Shown here piece after piece: positions 9,927 through 20,183 of a stretch of 22,317 nt of DNA; position 1 is the first letter of the stretch, and every line of letters starts with the position of its first letter. The stretch is from Octopus sinensis (Eukaryota), in assembly GCF_006345805.1 (NCBI RefSeq), contig NW_021823570.1, positions 1 to 22,317 of the forward strand, in the 5' to 3' direction. A program made the position numbers and the translations under genes. The notes below the pieces were generated by a model. The model saw nothing but the letters and a program-made list of their open reading frames with translations, searched no databases and had not been told where the DNA came from.

Positions 9927-9977
9927 TGGCCGGAGTTTGTGAGTAAAAGGAACTTATGGTCTTCCATAGAGAGCTTG
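9927..9977 (-). CDS. Weak candidate small exon (51 nt)
   Basis: cactttcacag| ... |gtaata; open as SSLWKTISSFYSQTPA (phase 1-1) or KLSMEDHKFLLLTNSG (phase 2-2). Island between (CA)n and (AAT)n. Confidence 0.25.
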
Positions 9978-10010
9978 CTGTGAAAGTGATTGCAAGAGTT
10001 AATGATGGCG

Positions 10011-10088
<78 letters not shown>

Positions 10089-10403
10089 GCGTGAACACTA
10101 ATGTTAGTTGTGGCGACGGGGGTAATGATGGCGATTTTATTTGACTAGGCACAAAGCCAATTTATACAAGGGAAGTGTACATTTGATTGAATCGATATCA
10201 ATATATTATTCGTAATTGTGTTATCGATTCGGCAGGAGATGAAAGGAAAGAAAAAAAAAGAAAGAAAAATAACGGTTGACTGTGGCATGATATGAACTCA
10301 GAACTTAGAAAAGAGAAGCTAAACACTACAAGGGTCAAGGAATCTATCTATCCTTTTTGTCAACTGAGGTTGGCTTCCATGAGGCTTGTCAGAAATAGTA
10401 GTC

Positions 10404-11490
10404 AAACTTGTACTCTGCAGATGATGAGCAGCTAGAAACACTGCAACGGATAGTATATGAATTTACCATAGGAAATTATATGAAATTTTGTTAAGAAAAT
10501 TGTATCAAGGTAACAAATGAAGAGAGGAAAATTAATTAAGAAAACTAATTTCATGAAAATTACTATTTGTAAATCTCACAACGAGAGATATTCAGCAACA
10601 GTACTTTGATACACAGGTATTGTTTTGAGCTAAGTGAGGGTGCTAGATTAACTTGTTCGAAAATATAAGGACACAGATCGTGCCGTATAGCTAGCTGGAG
10701 ACGATGTTTCCTGGGGCTAAATTACAGCGACATTTGTCCTAAACCAGGACTGCCATGTTATGTTGGCAAACAATCTTTACTTCCAACTATTTACATGTTT
10801 AATAAAGAAACGGAGCTTAGAGAATGAGATAGATATAAGTGGTTAGAGGAATCAATGAATAAAAGTTGGGAAGAAATATATCATTTCTCTTTTACTTGTT
10901 TCAGTCATTAGACTTCGGCCATGCTGGGGCACCGCCTAGAAGAATTTTTAGTTGAATGAATCAATCCCAGTACTTCTTCCACCGGTATATTTTGCCGAAC
11001 TGCTAAGTTACGGGGACGTAAACACACCAACACCAGTTGCCAAAAACTGACAAACACAGACACAAAAATACAGACTCAAAGACACGCACGCCTACATACA
11101 CTCACTTACACACACACACACATAAACATAAGACGGGCTTCTTTCAGTTTCCGTGTGCCAAATCCACTCACACGGCTTTGGTCAGTCCAAATCTGAATTA
11201 GAAGACACTTACCCAGGGAGCCACTCAATGGGACTGAACCAGCAACCATGTGGTTGAGAATCAAACTTCTTACCAGACAGCCACACCTAATACTTAAAAC
11301 GGAGCTAAATGCAAAGAATAAGGAAGTATTAACACTTCAGGTGTTCCAGGAATGAAGTATAGTTATGATACACTAAACTGGACGCTAAACGAACTAACAA
11401 GACTTGCTAGAAGTACAACAGATATGATGGACTGCATTTAGAATGCACCACCAAAACCCGAGCCTAGAAAAAGATTATATTGGCGAATAC
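10404..11490 (+). mobile_element. Old, decayed R4/Dong-clade LINE RT fragment interrupted by insertions
   Basis: LYSADDEQLETLQRIVYEFTIGNYMKFC*ENCIKV..MKRGKLIK (10410-10550) and ILKTELNAKNK..INTSGVPGMKYSYDTLNWTLNEL..RMHHQ (11290-11460) are collinear homologues of the 13079-15087 element. Confidence 0.82.
10886..11287 (-). mobile_element. Full-length bipartite family C SINE (tRNA/CORE 5' module, short CA/TA spacer, 3' module)
   Basis: Minus strand reads ggtgtggctgtctggtaagaagtttg... through gaaactgaaagaagcccgtc, a short GT-rich spacer, then gtgtctgtgtttgtc...gcggtgccccagcatggcc..gactgaaacaagtaaaagaga. Confidence 0.9.
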
Positions 11491-11557
11491 GTCGAATTGC
11501 CCGCACGTTTTTATTTGTTCTATGCAAAACTGTTTCGGATTATATACATATATATAT

Positions 11558-11854
11558 ATCACCGTAACCGGCCAGGCTATCAGATGTTGCTACTCATCGC
11601 TGGTCACAATGCGCTTTGTATTGTTTTAGCCTTCGAGTGACACCATCCCGCTGGCTGAGCGAGCAGGCCAACAGAAGAAAGAGTGAGAGAAAGTTGTGGC
11701 GAAAGAGTACAGTAGGGATCGCCACCGCCCCCCGCCGGAGCCTCGTGGAGCTTTAAGTGCTTTCGCTCAATAAACACTTACAACGCCCGGTCTAGGAATC
11801 GAAACCGCGATCCTACGACTGCGAGTCCGCTGCTCTAACCACAGGGCTATTGCC
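11558..11854 (-). mobile_element. tRNA-derived SINE, family B
   Basis: Minus: ggcaatagccctgtggttagagc (A-box-like), ggtttcgattcc (B-box-like, 11795-11806), about 250-bp body, tail ...ggttacggtgat(at)n. Confidence 0.82.
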
Positions 11855-11863
11855 ATCCACACA

Positions 11864-11936
<73 letters not shown>

Positions 11937-11969
11937 TTGATATATTTGTATACATCTTTATGTGTATGT

Positions 11970-12172
11970 ATCTTTGTGTCTGTGTTTGTCCCCATCATCG
12001 CTTCACAACCGGTGTTGGGTGTGTTTACGTCCTCGTAACTTAGCGGTTCGTCAAAGAGACCAATAGAATAAGTACTTAGTCCCGGGATCGAATTCTTTGA
12101 CAAAAACACTTCAAGGCGGTGCTCCAGCATTGCCGCAGTCAAATGACTGAAAATAAATAAAAGAATAAAAGT
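11970..12172 (+). mobile_element. Family C SINE 3' module
   Basis: tgtgtctgtgtttgtcccc...cgtaacttagcggttcg...ggcggtgctccagcattgccgcagtcaaatgactgaaa; preceded by (CA)n. Confidence 0.88.
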
Positions 12173-12309
12173 ATCTTTGCTACTCTAGTCACAAGACTCG
12201 AAATTTAGATCGACCCCAGTACGCAACTGGTACTTAATTTAACTACCCCGAAAGGATAAAAAGAAAAGTCGACCTCGGCGGGATTTGAACGTAAAGACAG
12301 AGGAAATAC
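12173..12309 (-). mobile_element. Family A SINE lacking its head, with internal deletions
   Basis: Tail ctactctagtcacaagac, core gaccccagtacgcaactggtac...aaagtcgacctcggcgg; stops at gaaatac. Confidence 0.82.
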
Positions 12310-12310
12310 C

Positions 12311-12541
12311 TATTTCTTTACTACCCACCAGGGGGCTGAACACAGAGGGGACAAACAAGGATAGACAAACGGATTAAGTCGATTATATCGACCCCAGTGC
12401 GTAACTGGTACTTATTTAATCACCCCGAAAGGATGAAAGGCAAAGTCGACCTCGGCGGAATTTGAACTCAGAACGTAACGGCAGACGAAATACGGCTACG
12501 TATTTCGCCCGGCGTGCTAACGATTCTGCCACCTCGCCGCC
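12311..12541 (-). mobile_element. Full family A SINE variant with an alternative 3' tail
   Basis: Complete head (ggcggcgaggtggcagaatcgttagcacgccgggcgaaatac) and core, but the tail is ...gtccccctctgtgttcagcccc..gtagtaaagaaata. Confidence 0.9.
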
Positions 12542-12987
12542 TTAAAAAAGTATGAAAGAGTAACAGAAAGATGATGACGATTTTGTCCATATAGACAGCG
12601 TTTCAAACTTTCAGTTACAGAATCGTAGCTGTCGTATTTTTGTTTATTTCAGGGCAATATTTTCCTTCAGTTTTTATAAGCCGTTTAGTAGCGGCGACTG
12701 AAGCGGTGATTTGAAGGATACCTGGTTGTTATTTCTAGTACGCCGAGCGACAACATTGAGGCCATCCTCATATCGTCTGCCGAGTCAGCAGGTAACCCTG
12801 TGTAATCAAATGAAAGAACGAGTTTTTAAGGTTTGCGGAAGATTAGAGTTGGGCAGGGAGAGAAGGAAGAAGAAATTTTAAAAGAGTGAAGTTTTGAAAA
12901 AAACAGAAAGAAAAAAAAAATTACTTTTCAGAACATAGTAATTCCTATATTTTTAAATATAGAATAAAACAAACATCTCCTCCCAAG

Positions 12988-13003
12988 AATAATAATAATA
13001 ATA

Positions 13004-13078
<75 letters not shown>
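12988..13078. repeat. (AAT)n target microsatellite, 5' flank of Dong element
   Basis: Direct reading. Confidence 0.95.
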
Positions 13079-13079
<1 letters not shown>

Positions 13080-15084
13080 TAATGATTAATAAAGCCGTAA
13101 CTGAAGACAGCCACAGAAAGAAGAAAGGCCTCAGTATGGCCTGGATTGACTACAAAAAGGCGTTTGATAACATCCCCCACTCATGGATCCTCGAAACACT
13201 AGCCATTAACAAAGTAGCACCAACAATCATAAAATTCATAGAGCACTCTATGAATAAATGGCAAACAGTCCTACACCTCCAAACAAAAAAGGGACTCATG
13301 AAAACCAAAGACATCCCCATTAGGAGAGGAATATTCCAGGGAGACACGCTCTCTCCACTCCTTTTCTACTTGGCACTGTCACCTCTATCTGATATGCTAA
13401 ATAGAACTGGATGCGGATATAAATGTTACGGCAAAACGATCAGCCACCTTTTATATATGGATGACCTAAAACTATACGCTGCAAATGACAAACAGCTGGA
13501 AACACTATTAAAGACAGTTCATGGATTTACCAAAGAAATAGATATGAAATTTGGATTAGAAAAATGCGCCAAAGTAGCCATGAAAAGAGGAAAACTAGTT
13601 AAGAGTAACAACATCACACTAGATAAAACCAATGAAATAAAAGAATTAGACCAAAGCCAAACTTACAAATACTTAGGAATCCATGAACTAGACAAGACAC
13701 AACACACACAAATGAAAGAGAAAATAAAAAAAGAATATTATAGACGAGTTAGATCAATACTAAAAACAAGATAATAGGTATCAACACTTTAGCTGTCCCA
13801 GTTATAAGTTACAGCTACAATATCCTTAACTGGACACGAAATGAACTGTCCAAAATAGATAGGAAAACAAGAAAAATACTGACAGGATCTAGGATGCATC
13901 ACCCAAAATCTGACATAGAAAGACTATATATACAACGTATAGAGGGTGATAGAGGCCTTATACAGCTGGAAAACTACTATAAAATAACCACCATAGGACT
14001 GCAAAAATATCTACTTCAGAAGGAAGGAAAACTGATCCAGATAGCAGCAAAACACGAGCAAAACAAAAAACTGTTCTCAGTATTTAAGGAAGCTGACAAA
14101 TACAAACAAGAAATCATACCACCTAATAAACATGAAGAAGAAGAAGAAGATGATGAAGAAACAACAAAAGCTATAAAACAAATGAAATCCAAACTAAAAA
14201 TAGAACAGCAACGAACATGATAAAACGATGGCAAGAAAAGCCCCTTCATGGTAAATACTGGACTAAACTAAACGCAAAAGAAATAGACAAAGAAAAATCC
14301 CAGCAATGGTTGAGAAGCTCAGGACTCAAAGCAGAACAGAGGGATTTTTAATTGCAGCACAAGACCAAAGCCTCCCCACCAGAAATTACCAAAAACATGT
14401 AATGAAAAGAAATATTACAAGTAACTGCAGAATATGTGGAGATGGACAAGAAACAATAAATCATATTATCTCTAGCTGCCCAGTCCTGGCTAAGAAGGAT
14501 ATATTCACAGACATGACAGAGTTGGAACCTACATACATTGGAAGCTATGCCAACATTATGGAATAACAACAGAAAAAAGATGGTATAGGCACACCCAGAA
14601 AGGTCACAGAAAACGAGAAAGCAACCATACTCTGGGATATGCCGATACACACAGATAGAGAAATTAAGGCCAACAGACCAGATATAGTTGTCAGAGATCA
14701 TGAAGAAAAAAAATGCTTTCTAATTGATGTATCAATACCGGCAGATGACAACGTGTCTCTAAAAGAAATGGAGAAACTCTCAAAATACAAAGACCTGGAA
14801 ATAGAGGTAACTAGAATGTGGAACCTGAAAACAGAAACAATTCCTATCATAGTAGGTGCATTAGGCATGATAAAAAATATTCAGATAAATACATAACAAA
14901 AACACCAGGACTTACAAACACATATAACATACAAAAATTGCACTACTAGGCACTGCACACATCCTACGCAGAACACTTTCCATACAATAACCATCAGAGC
15001 ATCACAACAAATCACAGCACATACCCAAGGCACACAGAGCTGCGCTCGGTAGTGAAGTGAAAGCACGCTATAAAAATAAAACTA

Positions 15085-15087
<3 letters not shown>
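13079..15087 (+). mobile_element. 5'-truncated R4/Dong-clade non-LTR retrotransposon (RT + CCHC knuckle + REL endonuclease + 3' UTR), frameshifted
   Basis: RT motifs WIDYKKAFD, RRGIFQGDTLSPLLF, SHLLYMDDLKLY, KYLG; CRICGDGQETINHIISSC knuckle; RHDRV, ANRPDIVV..CFLIDVSIP..KLSKYKDL PD-(D/E)xK nuclease. Stop at 14988-14990, 3' UTR to 15087. (AAT)n on both sides, the known target type of Dong elements. Confidence 0.95.
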
Positions 15088-15122
<35 letters not shown>

Positions 15123-15135
15123 TAATAATAATAAC

Positions 15136-15167
<32 letters not shown>

Positions 15168-15225
15168 TAATAATAATATAATAATAATATTAATAATAAT
15201 AATAATATTAATAATAACAATAATA
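15088..15225. repeat. (AAT)n microsatellite, 3' flank of Dong, shared with the tail of an oppositely oriented SINE
   Basis: Direct reading. Confidence 0.95.
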
Positions 15226-15393
15226 ATCCTTTCTATTCGAGGCACAAGACCTCAGATTTGTGGAGAGGGGACAAGTCGATTACAAGGATGAAAGGACAAA
15301 ATCGACCTCGGTGGAAATTGAACTCAGAACGTAGGGGCAGACGAAATACTGTTAAGCATTTCGCCCGGCGCGCTAACGATTCTGCCAGCTCGC
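15226..15393 (-). mobile_element. Family A SINE with central deletion
   Basis: Tail aatcctttctattcgaggcacaag; head ...ttctgccagctcgcc; core segment between gattac and aaggatg is missing relative to 12311-12541. Confidence 0.85.
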
Positions 15394-15394
15394 C

Positions 15395-15431
<37 letters not shown>

Positions 15432-15481
15432 TGATGATGATGAATAATAATAATAATAATAATGATAATAATAATAATAAT

Positions 15482-15745
15482 AATCGTTTCTACTATAGGC
15501 ACAAGGCCTGAAATATCGGGGAAGGGGTCAGTCGATTAGATTAACTGGTGCATAATCTATCGACCCCGAAAGGATGAAAAGTAAAGTCCTAATGTCATCT
15601 GATTTTTGGCCCAGGATCATCACTTTTGAGGAGGATGGTTCGTTGATACTGGTCATCTCTATTTTACTGATCCTTGTGAGAAGAAAGATAATGTTATCTT
15701 TGGCAGGATTTGAACTCAGAAATAGTAATACATTCTTTAGCTCTC
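15482..15745 (-). mobile_element. Two further family A SINE pieces: a young headless copy (15482-15588) abutting an older diverged copy (15589-15745)
   Basis: aatcgtttctactataggcacaaggcctgaaat...gaaaggatgaaaagtaaagtc, then a degenerate actggt..tattttactgatcc..tttggcaggatttgaactcaga. Confidence 0.7.
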
Positions 15746-15779
15746 AGCAATTACTAATTTAATACTAAAGTCAAGTGGG

Positions 15780-17100
15780 GCCCTCACGGGGATACTGCTC
15801 CCTCATCTGGGGCTGGTCTGTTGATGCGATACAGAAAGCCCCGGTTTTATGGACCAGATATTGTCGATTACATCCCTCTTGTTCGCTTCTCTTCGTCAGC
15901 AGCGCCACCACATCCTAGTTAGTGGAGTTGAGAATGTTCCCAGTTGCAATAGACATCGGCTAAGAGAGGGATGGGCGTGTTTGGCATGTTTCTATAAGTT
16001 ACTGAGCAGAACCTATACGACAAAGCGATTTGTTCCTTGTTCAGTCATAAGTCAATCAACCATATTCTTCGATCTCGTTATTGGTTTTTGTAAAACTCCA
16101 CATGTTTCTAATGAGAGCCTCGACAGACAGTCGAGATCAGCATTAAAACTCATCGTCTGCAGCATACTCCTATTCACAAGGAGCGGCGAAAAATGCCACT
16201 GAAAGCCCGAATAAATTTATCTAAAACTGGACCCTGTGGTCCATCAATGGCGTAATCATGGCTTTATTTTTACTTTGGCCTATGGAACATTCTTCGTTCC
16301 TTTGTGATTACAAAAATTTGCACCTTAACTCCAACCTCTCAATCATCAAATTTCTTGCCGCAGAAAGGCCGTGTACCATACATTGTACGTCCGTCAAGAC
16401 CTTCTCAATATACTGACCAGTCCTCTCTCTAATTAATTATAACTTTTTAATAGCTACTTTACTACACCCCATCGACTGTTCTCCAGTGCCTCTTCTCAGG
16501 ACACGCCAGCGGTTGTTGATAATCCTTCTTCTCAACATCTGCTTAAGGAGTCTGCGAATCTGCCGCTGTGAGCTTTCAGCAGCTGGAAAACACATTTCTA
16601 GCTTCCAGTAACCGAATCTTTGATAATGCATCCTTATTAGCTTAATCATGCAGATTACACACTTGTTCATGCTTGTCGCAGACCAGTCGAAATCGCGGAC
16701 GTCATCCACTGCTCTTATCCACCGACCTAATAAGTACCATATCGAAATACAATGTAGATAATCTGATGTTGCTGGATCAACTCCACATCGATAACTTTAG
16801 GAAATCAATCGGTATTGTTCAGAATCACCTAATTTGGTTTTCCAGTGATTTATGTTCTGTTTTTTACCCGTACAATTCTAGCATGCCTTTAAAATGCCAT
16901 TCCCGCCGTTCACCTATCGTGAACCGTCAAATGCACAAATATACAAATCGGGCTATTCACAACGGTGTTAGCCTTATTTACGACTACTTTATAAGCTGTT
17001 GATTTGTTCTATTGGTTGGTGCAGGAAGCCGGTTATTTCTTCCCTGAGCAGTGGTCAACAAACCTTGAAACAGTGCGTCAGGAGACTCCTTCCCCGCTAC
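15780..17100 (-). mobile_element. Heavily decayed Ty3/Gypsy-like pol (RNase H then integrase)
   Basis: In order on the minus strand, across stops and frameshifts: PDLYICAFDGS..GNGIL (~16880-16955, cf. PDxxxPFxLxTDASxxGIG), YLLGR (~16722-16736), ANKDALSKI (~16615-16640, cf. NxxADALSR), a degenerate integrase Zn region, LDCLSR (~16118-16135), LMTEQGTNRF (~16022-16051, cf. IxSDQGTNF). Motif spacing is shortened. Confidence 0.58.
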
Positions 17101-17384
17101 TTTTTACAATGCACATCAGTTGTATAGATATAATGGGCGCTTTGTAACGTTAACATTCATTTCAGTTCACATTTACACTCTTGTTCATGTGTGTCTATGT
17201 ATGTATGCATGTATGTATGTATATATGTGTGTGTGTGTGTGTATAAGTGTGTTTGTGTGTGGGCATGTGTATGATTAAATTATGTATACATAAATACATA
17301 CATACAAACTTGTGCATATGCGTGCGTGTGTAATAACATTCAATCACGTAGATGCACTTATAAATAAACACACACATATATAAA

Positions 17385-17441
<57 letters not shown>

Positions 17442-17822
17442 CTCTATCTCTCTCTCTATATATATACATAATCATTTATACATACATGCATTCGAATATA
17501 TATGTCTATCTACAGACTTGGTCGCATACATACATAATATACACATAGTTATACACACACACACGCGCGCGCGCACACATAAAAAGTCAAAACACGAGGC
17601 GAGGGGGAGAGAGATAAGTAAACGGAGAATAGAAAGAATAAGAAAAACAAAAAAACTAAACCAAATAAAATAAAAAGAATGACCACAATATACGACGAAA
17701 AAAAATGACGAATAAATAAAAAAAGGGAGATAAAGATAAGTAAAAAGGAAAGTAAAAAATGGAAAGAATAAAGACACGAAATAGAAAAAAATAGACGCAA
17801 AAAAGGTGAACATGGAGACGAT

Positions 17823-17913
17823 CGGAAGTGAAATTGAGCGGAAGTATGTAACGATAATGTCACGGTTTCACAGAGTTTGCTGGTTTATATAAAACACGAA
17901 ACATGGCGTAAGT
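17823..17913. promoter_or_regulatory. Candidate promoter/first-exon motif cluster
   Basis: Tandem ETS-type CGGAAGT sites (17823-17829, 17839-17845), TATAAAA (17888-17894), YY1/TISU-like AACATGGCG (17900-17908) overlapping a perfect donor GTAAGT (17908-17913). Confidence 0.3.
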
Positions 17914-17939
17914 TGTAATGGTAGACGTGGCTTATTGAT

Positions 17940-18113
17940 GTGGCTTGTCTCCCCCTCTCTCCCCCTCTCTCTCTTGCACTGTCTCTCTTTCTCTCTCTAC
18001 GTGTCTTTCTTTTTTTTAAATTTTATATGTATGTATTTATGGATGTATGTATGTATTTTGTAAGTATGTATGAATGCATGCATCTATCTGTCTATCTCTC
18101 TCTCTCTCTATCC

Positions 18114-18177
<64 letters not shown>

Positions 18178-18219
18178 CTCTCTCTCTCTCTCTTTATCTC
18201 TCTCTCTCTTTCTCTCTCT

Positions 18220-18297
<78 letters not shown>

Positions 18298-18645
18298 CCA
18301 ACTGTCTTTCTCTGGAGCTCTTTCTTCCCTACTCCTCTTCCTGTCCCTCCCACTCTTCCCACCTCCTTCTGTACTCTCTTGATATTTCTAACTCCCACTC
18401 ACTCTTTCTCTCCCCCTCTCTCCCTAACTCTCTCTACCTCCTTGTCTCCCACCTTCTTTATATCTTGCCACTGTATTTTCCGCACTTTCCCTTTTCTTTC
18501 TATCTCTCTCCCTCTCTCCCCCCTCTTTCTACTTTCGCTCCTCGTCTCACTTTGCATCTCTCTCTCAAACATCTTGTATTTTCTCATTCTTTCTTTCTTT
18601 CTTTTTCTTTCTTTCTTTCATTCTTGTTAGTCCCCTCTCTCTCTC
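17940..18645. repeat. Pyrimidine-rich tract: (CT)n, (ATCT)n and degenerate CT mosaic
   Basis: Direct reading; explains ORFs 17940..18755 and overlapping ones. Confidence 0.9.
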
Positions 18646-18755
18646 TATGCATACAAACACATACATACATTTTGCATTTATGCGCTCACCTGTGTATATA
18701 TATATATATATTTATATATACAGACACACACACACACCACACGTATATAATATAA

Positions 18756-18808
18756 ATGGCGGTGCATCAACATGACCGCAGCTCTGAGCTGAAACTAAAA
18801 AAAATACA
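18756..18808 (+). mobile_element. 3'-terminal fragment of a family C-related SINE
   Basis: atggcggtgcatcaacatgaccgcagc..gctgaaactaaaa vs aaggcggtgctccagcattgccgcagtc..gactgaaaataaa at 12113-12160. Confidence 0.6.
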
Positions 18809-18853
18809 CACATATATAATATACATACATACATATATATATATATAGATATA

Positions 18854-18910
<57 letters not shown>

Positions 18911-18986
18911 ATACACACACATATATAAAATGAGTGAATATTCAAATGAATACTCGTAAGATATTATTATTATCGTTATTATTATT

Positions 18987-19534
18987 GAGTGAGAGAGCAG
19001 TGCATGCCATCAAAGTGACATCGGGGTAAAATATACGAAGCCCAGTATACCAACCATGACTACCCATCTGATAAGGGTACACTAGGCACATACATCACAA
19101 GTATGTGTGCATGACATGGTGGTCTCGTATCAAGATTAACAGCGCATGACCTTGCAGAGGTGGGGGAGGGTCCTGTTAGCATTTTCTTCAGGTCGAGTAG
19201 CCCCTCTCACTCAAAAGATCCCTGAATATGGGTTGTTTAAGGATGTTGAACGAAACACCCATGTTTCCAGAGGGGAATTATTCAAACCCCAAAGAATCCC
19301 TTTCAACACATGGCTATGATGCTCCCCCACTACTTCTGCTTGTGATCAGAGATGCACATATCGTCAGCCACTAAGGGACATGCTCAACTGGTTAAGGTCA
19401 AACTACTGACAAGCAACTCTGTGGTATTGAGCAGAATATTTGCTGTAGCCCATCTTTTATACAAAGACAAAACAATGTACATGATAACACTTCCAAACAG
19501 TTAAAATGAGAAGCCATGGAACAGCATCAGAGCA
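18987..19534 (-). mobile_element. 548-bp non-coding interspersed element embedded in (ATT)n/(AAT)n
   Basis: High-complexity block bounded by ATT-type repeats on both sides, with no long ORF. I recall a similar abundant Octopus repeat, but its classification is not established from this window. Confidence 0.55.
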
Positions 19535-19563
19535 TTTTATTATCATTGTTATTATTATTATTA

Positions 19564-19611
<48 letters not shown>

Positions 19612-19633
19612 TATTATTATTATTATTATTATT

Positions 19634-19826
19634 CTATTTTGACTTTTGCTTTATGTCTGTACAAGTTGGCTCCAAGTCTCACCCGAGACCTCAAGAGACA
19701 ACAGGTTGGAAGTTCTGTGCCATATATTTAGGTTTTTTTTTTTTTGGTGTTGTACTGTGAATGTCAATACATAAAAAAATAATAAATAAAAAAGAGTTTG
19801 TTTTAACCTTGGGATTACATAGATTA

Positions 19827-19878
<52 letters not shown>

Positions 19879-20121
19879 TTATTATTATTATTATTATTAT
19901 ATTATTAATTATTTATTATTCTTGTTTGACTTTTTGCTTTATGTCTGTACAAGTTGGCTCCAAGTCTCACCAGAGACCTCAAGAGACAACAGGTTGGAAG
20001 TTCTGTGCCATATATTTAGGTTTTTTTTTTTTTTGGTGTTGTACTAGTGAATGTCTAATACATAAAAAAAAAAAAATAAATAATAAGAAAAGAGTTTGTT
20101 TTAAACCTTGGGATTACATAG

Positions 20122-20123
<2 letters not shown>
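19634..20123 (-). repeat. Tandem duplication (period ~287 bp) of a ~195-bp unit separated and flanked by (ATT)n; probable LINE 3' UTR remnant
   Basis: Unit 1 at 19634-19824 and unit 2 at 19921-20123 are nearly identical. On the minus strand each ends ...GAATAAT like the Dong 3' junction at 15087. Confidence 0.85.

Positions 20124-20183
<60 letters not shown>

Noticed and set aside
17940-18755. 271-aa hydrophobic ORF resembling a membrane protein
   Set aside because: Translation of (CT)n/(ATCT)n tracts.
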